Assembly (NCBI RefSeq): GCF_030696805.1
Contig: NZ_JAUYRO010000025.1
Coordinates: 1,844-65,843 of the forward strand
Length of the DNA stretch: 64,000 bases
From: Methyloversatilis sp.
GTDB lineage: Bacteria; Pseudomonadota; Gammaproteobacteria; Burkholderiales; Rhodocyclaceae
Direction of reading: 5' to 3'
Part shown: in pieces, positions 1 through 8,206 of the stretch
How positions within the stretch are numbered: the first letter of the stretch is position 1
How the letters are laid out: each line of letters starts with the position of its first letter
The notes under the pieces: generated by a model
What the model saw: the letters and a program-made list of their open reading frames with translations, nothing else
Databases searched by the model: none
What the model was told of the DNA's origin: nothing
Translations under genes and position numbers: made by a program

Positions 1-1
1 G

Positions 2-682
2 GCCGTGGCGGGCGGCATGGCACTCCATCCCGTGGTGGCAGAGCGCTGGCAGAAGTTGATGGGTGTGCCGCTGATCGAGGGCTACGGGCTGACCGAAGCC
101 TCGCCCATCGTTTGCGCCAACCCGATGAATATCGACGGCTACACCGGTTCGATCGGCCTGCCGCTGCCGTCTACCGAAGTGATGATGCGTGGCGAGGACG
201 GCCGTGAGTCGACGCCCGGCGAGCCGGGCGAACTTTTCGTGCGCGGTCCGCAGGTCATGCGAGGCTACTGGAACATGCCGGAGGAGACTGCACGGGTTCG
301 GGACGCCGATGGCTGGCTGGCCACTGGCGACGTGGTGACCCTCGACGACACGGGCTTTCTGCATTTTGTCGATCGCCGCAAGGAAATGATTGTGGTGTCT
401 GGCTTCAAGGTTTGGCCCAGCGAAGTTGAGGAAGTGCTGCTCGGCTTGCCGGGTATCCGGGAAGCGTGCGTGACCAGTGTGCCCGACGAAAAAAGCGGCG
501 AGTCGGTATGCGCCTGGGTGGTGAGCAGCGACACCACGCTCACCGAGCGGCGGATCATCGATGCATGCCACACGCAACTCACGCATTACAAGGTGCCACG
601 CCGCATCGTTTTTCGCGATTCGTTGCCCAAGTCACCGATCGGCAAGATCCTGCGCCGCAAGCTGACGGAAAACGGCGTCTGA
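2..682 (+). CDS. fadD: Long-chain fatty acid--CoA ligase, C-terminal part (5' end outside window)
   Basis: AGGMAL..ERW..L.G..LIEGYGLTEASP, GWLATGD, SGFKVWPSEVE and LPKSPIGKILRR are acyl-CoA synthetase motifs. The frame is open from the window edge. Confidence 0.88.
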   Translation, partial: AVAGGMALHPVVAERWQKLMGVPLIEGYGLTEASPIVCANPMNIDGYTGSIGLPLPSTEVMMRGEDGRESTPGEPGELFVRGPQVMRGYWNMPEETARVRDADGWLATGDVVTLDDTGFLHFVDRRKEMIVVSGFKVWPSEVEEVLLGLPGIREACVTSVPDEKSGESVCAWVVSSDTTLTERRIIDACHTQLTHYKVPRRIVFRDSLPKSPIGKILRRKLTENGV

Positions 683-1037
683 GACCGATGCAGTCGGCCA
701 TCGTCATCCCCGCCATGTCCCCCGCGGTTGCAGGATCGAGGCGTGAAGACCGTACCCGGCCGCGGCAGCGCGATGCTGCACTCGCGCTGCGGGAGGGTGC
801 GGCAGGCCGCGGCGCCTTGCCGCCGGAGTTTTCAACACCTGCGCCTCGGTGCGATTCGGCGCTTCACGTCAGGCACGCGCGAACCTGCCTGGGCGGCCCC
901 GGTCATGGCAGATCGTCGAAGGAGGACAGGGCGGCGATTGCCCGATGCACCATCGCCTGCCTGCGCGCCAATCGGGCTCCGTGCCACGTCGATCACCCCG
1001 CGCGGGCCGCAATGGTGGCGCCGACGGCGCACCTGTC

Positions 1038-1805
1038 GTGAATCGTCATACCGCGTTTGCCGCGTTGGCCGCCGTACTGACCGCGCTGGTCTTTCTGATG
1101 CCGCCCGTCGCTCAGCCGGTGAGTTACCACGATTTTGCCGATCGGCGCGGCTGCTTCGGAATGCCCAACTGCCTGGATACCGCCAGCAATGTCCTGTTCC
1201 TGCTTGCCGGCGCCTACGGGCTGCATGGCCTGCGCCGTCTGTCTGCCAGGGCAGGGCAGCGTGCCTTCATCGATTCGCGCGAGTCACGGGCCTATGCGGT
1301 GTTCTTCTTCGGCATTGTGCTGATCGGTTTCGCTTCGGCCTGGTACCACCTCGCACCGGACAACCAGCGGCTTGCCTGGGACCGGGCTGCGATGGCGCTG
1401 GCCTTCATGGCCTGGTTCGCCACCCAGCTTGCCGAGCGAGTGAGCGTGAGGGCCGGCCTGGCGCTGTTGCCCATACTGGTGGTCGCGGGGTTGTGCGGCG
1501 TCCTCTACTGGGCCTGGAGCGAGACGCAGGGCACCGGTGACCTGCGGCCCTGGCTGCTGGTGCAGCTCGCCCCGATGGTGCTCGTACCACTGCTGCTTCG
1601 GCTCCATCCAGCGCGTTACAGCCATCAGCGCGATGTATTCGCAGTCCTCGGCCTGTATGGACTCGCACTCCTGTTTGATCTGGGCGACCGCGCTGTGTTC
1701 GCGGTGACCGGCGGTGTGGTCGGTGGCCATACGCTGAAACATGTCGTTGCGGCCCTTGCTGCGTACTGGGTCGCGCGCCACTTGCGCCGGCGCAAGCCGG
1801 CGTGA
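1038..1805 (+). CDS. Ceramidase-like (alkaline phytoceramidase/CREST-type) multi-TM hydrolase
   Basis: YHDFADRR..G.PN..DT.SN, SAWYH..PDN.RL.WDR and GHTLKH motifs, about 7 hydrophobic segments. GTG start chosen at 1038. Confidence 0.8.
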   Translation: MNRHTAFAALAAVLTALVFLMPPVAQPVSYHDFADRRGCFGMPNCLDTASNVLFLLAGAYGLHGLRRLSARAGQRAFIDSRESRAYAVFFFGIVLIGFASAWYHLAPDNQRLAWDRAAMALAFMAWFATQLAERVSVRAGLALLPILVVAGLCGVLYWAWSETQGTGDLRPWLLVQLAPMVLVPLLLRLHPARYSHQRDVFAVLGLYGLALLFDLGDRAVFAVTGGVVGGHTLKHVVAALAAYWVARHLRRRKPA

Positions 1806-2095
1806 GGAGGGGCTGTGCGCCAAGGTGCTCCGAACGATGGCCGGCTGCGCCCTTGCCGGCCGCATGACCCGGACAGTCATGGTGCCGCTCGCACGTCCGC
1901 TTGCCGGCCATTGCGGCGGTCGCCGACGTTGCGCCACTGCGCATGCTTCGGCGCCCGGCGAGTGGTCATGACGTTTTCCGCCTTCGCCCACCCGTTCGGC
2001 GAGAGCCACTTGACCCGGTCGGCCAGCAATGATGACCGGCGGCCACTGCGCGCGCGTTGCTTTGTGGTCGCACACGCATCTGCAAAGGACCCACC

Positions 2096-4882
2096 ATGAA
2101 TCTCGACCATCGGCTGCTGGCGATCCTGCGTGTCCTGGCGGTCGAGCTCAAGCCCGGCGCGGGCGACCTTTCGACTTTCGGCATTGATCATCGCCTGGAG
2201 CGCGATTTCGGTCTGGACAGTCTCGCGCGCGTGGAACTGCTGGCACGCATCGAGCGCGAGATGGGTGTACGGCTGGGCGAGGCGGCGCTTGCCGCCGAAA
2301 CGCCACGCGACCTGCTACGTTTGATCGACGATGCGCCACAGACGAGCACGCCGGTTCCCGGTACCTTCGCCCCGGGCCCGGCTTCCGGCCACTTCATAGC
2401 GCCGCCGGCCGAACTCGCCACGCTGACCGCAGTGCTTGACTGGCATGTCCGCCACCAGGGAGAGCGCATCCATATCATTCTGCTCGGTGGGGATGGTCGG
2501 GAGGAGGCGATCAGCTACGCGCAGCTGGCCGCGGCTGCGCGCGATCTGTCGGCCGGCCTGCTGGCGCGCGGCGTGCTGCCGGGCAGCCGCATCGCCCTCA
2601 TGCTGCCCACCGGGCTGGATTTTTTTGCCGCATTCTATGGCGTGCTTCAGGCCGGCTGTGTGCCGGTGCCGCTCTACCCGCCGGCCCGGCCCGCGCAACT
2701 GGAAGAGCACCTTCGCCGCATCGCCGGCATCCTCGCCAATGCGGGCGCCCGCTGGTTCATCGCCGATCCGCGCGCACGTGCCTTTGCCCACGCGCTTTCC
2801 GGCAAATGTCCGACGCTGGCCGGCATCGTCACCGTTGCCGAACTGAGCGTTCCGGTCGCGGTGGCGCCAATTCCCCCACTGCCTGTGCCCGCCTCGCTTG
2901 ATCTCGCTTTCATCCAGTACACTTCCGGCAGTACCGGCGAACCGAAAGGCGTCGCGCTTACCCATGCCAACCTGCTCGCCAATATCCGCGCCATGCGCCA
3001 GGCGGCGCGGGCGACCTCCGCGGACGTCTTTGTGTCGTGGCTGCCGCTCTATCATGACATGGGGCTGATCGGTGCCGGCATGGGAAGCATGGTCGTTGGC
3101 TTTCCGCTGGTGCTGTTGTCGCCGCTTGCCTTTCTCGCCCGCCCAGCGTGCTGGCTGGAGGCCATTTCCCGGCATCGTGGCACGCTCTCGGCAGCGCCCA
3201 ACTTTGCATACGAAATCTGTGCGAACAGGCTCGCGGACAGCGAACTCAACGGGCTCGATCTATCCTGCTGGCGCATGGCCTGCAACGGTGCCGAAGCCGT
3301 CAGCCCGGTCACGCTGGATCGATTTGCGGCACGCCTGGCGCCCTATGGCCTGACGCGCGAGGCACTGGCGCCTGTTTACGGTCTGGCGGAATGTTCGGTC
3401 GGACTGACCTTCCCGCCGCCCGGGCGCGGCCCGCGGATCGACCACGTGGCGCGCAGGGCACTGGCGGACGAGCGACTTGCGCTGCCGGTCGGCGACGATG
3501 GGGCTGACGAGCAGGCCGTACCCGGCTGCGGACACGCCTTGCCGGGGCACGAGATCCGCATCGTCGATCCCGCCGGCCGCGTCCTTGCCGAGCGGCGCGT
3601 CGGACGCATCCAGTTCCGCGGGCCGTCGGCGACAGCCGGATACTTCGAAAATCCCGCGGCGACGGCTACGCTGTTCGACGGCGACTGGCTCAACACAGGC
3701 GATCTGGGCTACCTCGCCGATGGCGAACTGTTCGTTACCGGTCGCGAGAAGGATCTCATCATCCGCGCCGGCCACAACATCCATCCGCAGGAACTGGAAG
3801 AGGCTGTCGGCCGCATCGCTGGCGTCCGCGCCGGCAATGTGGCGGTGTTTCCCGCGACGGACGCACACGCCGGCACCGAGCGGCTGGTGGTACTCGCCGA
3901 AGTACGCGCGGCGATCGATGCACATACGCGTATCCGCGCCGAAATCGAGCGACTTGCCATCGAACTTACCGGTCTGCCGGCCGACGAAGTCGTGCTCGCC
4001 CCGCCAGGTACCGTGTTGAAAACGTCCAGCGGCAAGCTGCGCCGCGCGGCCTGCCGTGCCGCCCATGAGCACGGCACGCTGCTGCGCGGTGTGCGTTCTC
4101 CACGACTGCAGGCGCTCGGGCTGTTGCTGGACGCCGCGAGCGCCCGCCTGCGTGCCCTGCTGCGGACGGTCGCTGGCAAACTGTGGTCAGCCTTTGCCTG
4201 GCTGGTGTTCGCGCTTCTGGCGCCGCCATTCTGGTTGCTGATCGCACTGGCGCCGACGCTGGCGCAGCGCCGCGCGGCCGCCCGCACCGGGGCACGCCTG
4301 GCACTGGCGGCCGGTGGCATCCTGCCGCGCGTGACCGGTCTGGAAAATCTGCCGGACAACGCCCCTGTGGTGGTGGTCGCCAATCACGCCAGCTATCTCG
4401 ACGGTTTGGCGCTGACCGCCGCACTGCCTGCGCGCTTTGCCTATGTCGCCAAGCGGGAACTGCTCGACCATCCGCTGTCGGCGACGCCTCTGCGACGGCT
4501 CGACGCAGCTTTCGTCGAACGCATCGAGACCGCTCGCGGCGCGGAGGAGACCCGGACGCTGGAGGCGCGGGTCAGGGCCGGCGATTCAATCGTTTTCTTT
4601 GCCGAGGGCACTTTCCGCGAAGCTCCAGGGCTGTTGCCTTTCCGCATGGGCGCCTTCCTGGTGGCGGCGCGTACCGGTGTGCCGGTTGTTCCGGTCAGCC
4701 TCGGCGGAACCCGTGTCCTGCTGCCCGGATTGCGGCGCTGGCCGCGCTACAGCCCGCTGGTCGTGACGATCCACGCGCCGCTCGTTCCCGCGGGCGCCGA
4801 CTGGCACGCAGCGCTGGCTCTGCGCGATGCCTCACGGGCCGCAATCCTCGCGCAACTGGGTGAACCGGATCGCGCGGCGTGA
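2096..4882 (+). CDS. Tri-domain acyl carrier protein / fatty acyl-AMP ligase / PlsC-type acyltransferase
   Basis: N-terminal LGLDSL-like ACP motif (FGLDSLARVEL), FIQYTSGSTGEPKG, WLPLYHDMGLIG, YGLAE, LNTGDLG, then TM segment, NHASYLD and FAEGT acyltransferase motifs. Confidence 0.9.
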   Translation: MNLDHRLLAILRVLAVELKPGAGDLSTFGIDHRLERDFGLDSLARVELLARIEREMGVRLGEAALAAETPRDLLRLIDDAPQTSTPVPGTFAPGPASGHFIAPPAELATLTAVLDWHVRHQGERIHIILLGGDGREEAISYAQLAAAARDLSAGLLARGVLPGSRIALMLPTGLDFFAAFYGVLQAGCVPVPLYPPARPAQLEEHLRRIAGILANAGARWFIADPRARAFAHALSGKCPTLAGIVTVAELSVPVAVAPIPPLPVPASLDLAFIQYTSGSTGEPKGVALTHANLLANIRAMRQAARATSADVFVSWLPLYHDMGLIGAGMGSMVVGFPLVLLSPLAFLARPACWLEAISRHRGTLSAAPNFAYEICANRLADSELNGLDLSCWRMACNGAEAVSPVTLDRFAARLAPYGLTREALAPVYGLAECSVGLTFPPPGRGPRIDHVARRALADERLALPVGDDGADEQAVPGCGHALPGHEIRIVDPAGRVLAERRVGRIQFRGPSATAGYFENPAATATLFDGDWLNTGDLGYLADGELFVTGREKDLIIRAGHNIHPQELEEAVGRIAGVRAGNVAVFPATDAHAGTERLVVLAEVRAAIDAHTRIRAEIERLAIELTGLPADEVVLAPPGTVLKTSSGKLRRAACRAAHEHGTLLRGVRSPRLQALGLLLDAASARLRALLRTVAGKLWSAFAWLVFALLAPPFWLLIALAPTLAQRRAAARTGARLALAAGGILPRVTGLENLPDNAPVVVVANHASYLDGLALTAALPARFAYVAKRELLDHPLSATPLRRLDAAFVERIETARGAEETRTLEARVRAGDSIVFFAEGTFREAPGLLPFRMGAFLVAARTGVPVVPVSLGGTRVLLPGLRRWPRYSPLVVTIHAPLVPAGADWHAALALRDASRAAILAQLGEPDRAA

Positions 4883-5185
4883 GGACGACCGGTTCCGGCG
4901 CAGCAGGAGCGCTCGCCCGACCCCTCTCGCGCAGGTCGCAGACTGCTTCCGCGGTCGGGATCCTGTGCAAGCGGGCTCGCCTCGGCATGAGGTCAGCGGT
5001 GCGATTGTTGATAGGCCCGCCAGAGATACCCGCGACAACCTGGTTTCGCCCGGGATGCCTCGCGCACGGGACGAACGGAGCGGTCGAATGCCGGCGGGTC
5101 ATCCTGGTTAAACGCGGCCGTCCTTGCAGCGCAGAATCCGTTGCGGCACCCGTGCGCCAGCTTCGGCAAGTGGCCCGCGCGGGGG

Positions 5186-6262
5186 TCAGCCGGAGCGCTG
5201 GCGCATGTGGCGCACCACGATGACGGCCAGCGTTATCGCGGTAAGCGGCAGGGCGATGGTCTGCATCACGAAGGCGTAGTCGCCGAGCGCGTCGTGCTCC
5301 TTGGCGGCCATGATGAGGTAGAGCGTATACGCGATGTAGTAGGCGAAGAACAACGCGCCTTCCCAGCGGGCGATCAGGTTGCCGGTCATGAAGATGGGCA
5401 GGCAGGCGATGGCGACGGCGGTCATCACAGGGATGTCGAAAGCCAGCATTGAAGGCGGCAGCGTAAGCGCAGTCGGTGCCACCATCGAGGACACGCCGAG
5501 TGCGCCCAGGATGTTGAAGGTATTGCTGCCGACAACATTGCCCACCGCGATGTCGCGCTGTCCGCGCAGCGCCGCGGTGACCGACGCGGCGACCTCGGGC
5601 AGCGAGGTGCCGGCGGCGACAATGGTCAGTCCGATCACCGCTTCGCTCAAGCCGAGGTAACGCGCGAACACGATGGCTGCTTCGACCAGCAGGTTCGAGC
5701 CGAGTACCAGCATGCCCAGGCCAGCCACGATAAGCGCCAGCTGCACCGGTAGCGTCGCATCCCAGCCGGTACTTTTCTCTCCGACGCTGTCCGCGTATTC
5801 GTCATTGAGCGCCTTGGTCTGACGGCGGCTCTGCACGATGAGGAAGGTGGTGTAGATGATCATCAGCGCGACGAAGATCGCGCCGTCGGTCACCGATATG
5901 CCGCCATCAAGCGTGAGTGCGGCGAACAGCAGCGACACGCCGATCATGATCGGCACTTCTTGACGGATGAGCTGCTTGTCGACCAGCAGCGGTGTGATCA
6001 TCGCCGACAGGCCGAGGATGAACAGCACGTTGAAGATGTTGCTGCCGACGACGTTGGCGACCGCCATGTCGGTCTTGCCGTTCCAGGCCGACTGCACCGA
6101 TACCGCCAGTTCCGGCGAGCTGGTGCCGAATGCAACAATGGTGAGCCCGACCACCAGTGGCGAAATGCCGAACGACAACGCAAGTTTCGAGGCGCCGCGT
6201 ACCAGCAACTCGGCCCCCGCGATCAGTGCAACAAGGCCGAGGCCGAACAGCAGGAAAGTCAT
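5186..6262 (-). CDS. yrbG: Calcium/sodium antiporter (YrbG/CaCA family)
   Basis: Two alpha repeats: GTSSPEL..GSNIFN and GTSLPEV..GSNTFN. About 10 TM segments. Confidence 0.9.
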   Translation of the reverse strand: MTFLLFGLGLVALIAGAELLVRGASKLALSFGISPLVVGLTIVAFGTSSPELAVSVQSAWNGKTDMAVANVVGSNIFNVLFILGLSAMITPLLVDKQLIRQEVPIMIGVSLLFAALTLDGGISVTDGAIFVALMIIYTTFLIVQSRRQTKALNDEYADSVGEKSTGWDATLPVQLALIVAGLGMLVLGSNLLVEAAIVFARYLGLSEAVIGLTIVAAGTSLPEVAASVTAALRGQRDIAVGNVVGSNTFNILGALGVSSMVAPTALTLPPSMLAFDIPVMTAVAIACLPIFMTGNLIARWEGALFFAYYIAYTLYLIMAAKEHDALGDYAFVMQTIALPLTAITLAVIVVRHMRQRSG

Positions 6263-6290
6263 GAAATCGTATCCATATTATCAAGCGCCG

Positions 6291-6815
6291 TCAGACAGCG
6301 ACGACCTGTGAGGGTTGCAGGGAGGCCCGCCATACCTGCAGCTTGTCGGTCGCCGAAAGTCCGGCGTGGGCCGGGCTGGTCGACGGCAGTCGGAGCATGT
6401 CCAGCGGGCGGACGTACGGCATTACGTCGCGCCGGAAACAGGTTTCAGCCAGCGCGCCATTGAACAGCACGCGCTGGATGCCGGCGTGGCGCTGAAGAAA
6501 CACAACGAAGTCGTTCGCCTGGGCCGAGCGCAGGTCGATCGCCGAATCCAGACTGCCGAGTCGTTCACAGCTTGCCAACACGTCCCACAGCGCGAGGCCG
6601 GCGCGCGTCAGCACGGCCAGTCGTTCCGCGTACGGCAGTGCGGGATGGGCACCGACGAGGGTGCCCATGATGGACCAGAACTGGTTTCGCGGATGGGCAT
6701 AGTACTGGTTGGCGCCAAGCGACGCTGCTCCGGGCATCGAGCCCAGGATGAGCACGCGCGCCGTGGCCGGGTCGGCCACCGGGGCGAAGCAGCGGATGCG
6801 CGTGCCGTCCGGCAT
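6291..6815 (-). CDS. DNA-deoxyinosine (hypoxanthine) glycosylase, UDG superfamily
   Basis: LILGSMPG..SL...QYYAHPRNQFW, LWDV..SC.R.GSLDS.I and LPSTSPA motifs. The ATG overlaps the upstream gene's stop. Confidence 0.85.
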   Translation of the reverse strand: MPDGTRIRCFAPVADPATARVLILGSMPGAASLGANQYYAHPRNQFWSIMGTLVGAHPALPYAERLAVLTRAGLALWDVLASCERLGSLDSAIDLRSAQANDFVVFLQRHAGIQRVLFNGALAETCFRRDVMPYVRPLDMLRLPSTSPAHAGLSATDKLQVWRASLQPSQVVAV

Positions 6816-7702
6816 CACTTGTTCAGCACGGCCGCCAGTTCGCGGCGATAGTGGCGCACCAGCGGGTGGTCGCTGCCGAGCAGGTCGAACAGATCGATCA
6901 GCGTGCGCCGGCCCGCATCGTTGCCGAAATCGCGGTCGCGTCTGACCACTTCGAGCGCCTGTTTCATCGCGCCCTCCCAGTCTTCTTCCGCTGCGTGCAG
7001 TGCCGACCATTCGAGGCGTGCAGCCAGATCGTCCGGATTGCGCGCGATGCGCGCCGCGTAGTCGTGGTCGGCATCTCCCGGCTGGCGTCGGGCGACGGCG
7101 ATGCGCGCGTACAGCGTGCCGATGCGCGCGCGGTCGTTCATGTCTTCCGGCAGCGCGTCGAGGGCGGCCTGGGCTTCGTCGAGCCTGGCCTGCGCAATCA
7201 GCGCCTCGACCCGGCCGAGCATGGCCGGTTCGAACAGCGGATCGAGGCCGAGTGCGGCCTCGTTCAGCGCCAGCGCGGCGTCGGCATCACCGCGCAGCAG
7301 CGCAGCGCGCGCCTCGTCACAGGTCGGTTCCGCTGGCGACGGCAGCAGGGCGTCGACGAATTCGCGCAGTTCGCGATCCGGCAGCACGCCGGTGAATTCA
7401 TCCACCATCACGCCGCCGACGAAGGCCTTCACGTTCGGAATGCCACGGACGCCGAAGCGGCGCGCCAGTTCCGGGTTGTCGTCCGAATTGATCCTGGCCA
7501 GCCGGACCCGGCCGGCATAGCTGGCGGCCAGCTCTTCGAGCCGTGGCGTCAGCGCCTGGCAGGGCTGACACCAGGGGGCCCAGAAATCGACGAGTACCGG
7601 CATGCGCTGCGACGTGTCGATCACATCGCGCTGGAAGTTGGTCAGTGTCACTTCGATGACGTCGCCGCCGGTCGCGTCGGGGGCGTCGGGATGCATGTTC
7701 AT
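6815..7702 (-). CDS. cnoX: Thioredoxin-TPR chaperedoxin (YbbN/CnoX)
   Basis: VDFWAPWCQPC thioredoxin motif followed by a TPR-like C-terminus ending YRREL..L. Confidence 0.9.
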   Translation of the reverse strand: MNMHPDAPDATGGDVIEVTLTNFQRDVIDTSQRMPVLVDFWAPWCQPCQALTPRLEELAASYAGRVRLARINSDDNPELARRFGVRGIPNVKAFVGGVMVDEFTGVLPDRELREFVDALLPSPAEPTCDEARAALLRGDADAALALNEAALGLDPLFEPAMLGRVEALIAQARLDEAQAALDALPEDMNDRARIGTLYARIAVARRQPGDADHDYAARIARNPDDLAARLEWSALHAAEEDWEGAMKQALEVVRRDRDFGNDAGRRTLIDLFDLLGSDHPLVRHYRRELAAVLNK

Positions 7703-7853
7703 TCCTCATGTAAGTCGTCGATCCGGGCTGCAGTCTGCGCCCGCACCTCCGGATGCAGTGGAGCATACAAACATCAAGCCCGGGCGGGGGACAGATGTTG
7801 CACCGGCGCCCTGAGAGAACGGCGGTCGCCCCGCGATCTGCACCGGCCCGCTG

Positions 7854-7993
7854 TTGGAGCGGCGTCCTCGCCGCGATGAGTGCCGCGATGGTCCCTGATC
7901 AGAGTGCAAGTGTGGGAGCGGCGTCCCCGCCGCGATCAGTGCCGCGATGGTCGCTGATCAGAGTGCGCATCGCGGCGAGGACGCCGCTCCCAC
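7854..7993. repeat. REP-like cluster, family A (GTGGGAGCGGC..CGCCGCGAT): two direct 52-bp units (59-bp period) plus one inverted copy
   Basis: 7856-7907 and 7915-7966 match at 49/52 positions. Inverted copy ATCGCGGCGAGGACGCCGCTCCCAC at 7969-7993. Confidence 0.85.
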
Positions 7994-8206
7994 AGGAACA
8001 GCTCCCACGCGTTTCGCCCCAACCCTGCGCCCGGAGTAGCGGCGGCCAGCGGGCCGTCCGCAAGGGCATGCTGAATGCGCCCCGAGCGAACTGCGAACAA
8101 AACGCCATCTCAACGATCCGACTGCGGTGATCGGTGCCCCCTATATATAATTGCGCATTCGGATCCGCGTGGCGGAGTTCGGCGTCCTTTCCTCCAGTTT
8201 CCCCTC

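Noticed and set aside
688-2099. Chain of small ORFs (688-1041, 1837-1971, 1968-2099) linked by ATGA/GTGA overlaps
   Set aside because: Any ATGA/GTGA start creates an overlapping TGA, and open frames are long in GC-rich DNA. The products are Arg/Ala/Pro-rich with no motifs or RBS. Not called, though ribosome profiling could rescue them.
4879-5223. 114-aa ORF after the acyltransferase, and 4695-5102 on the minus strand
   Set aside because: Low-complexity products that overlap real genes, with no recognisable domain.
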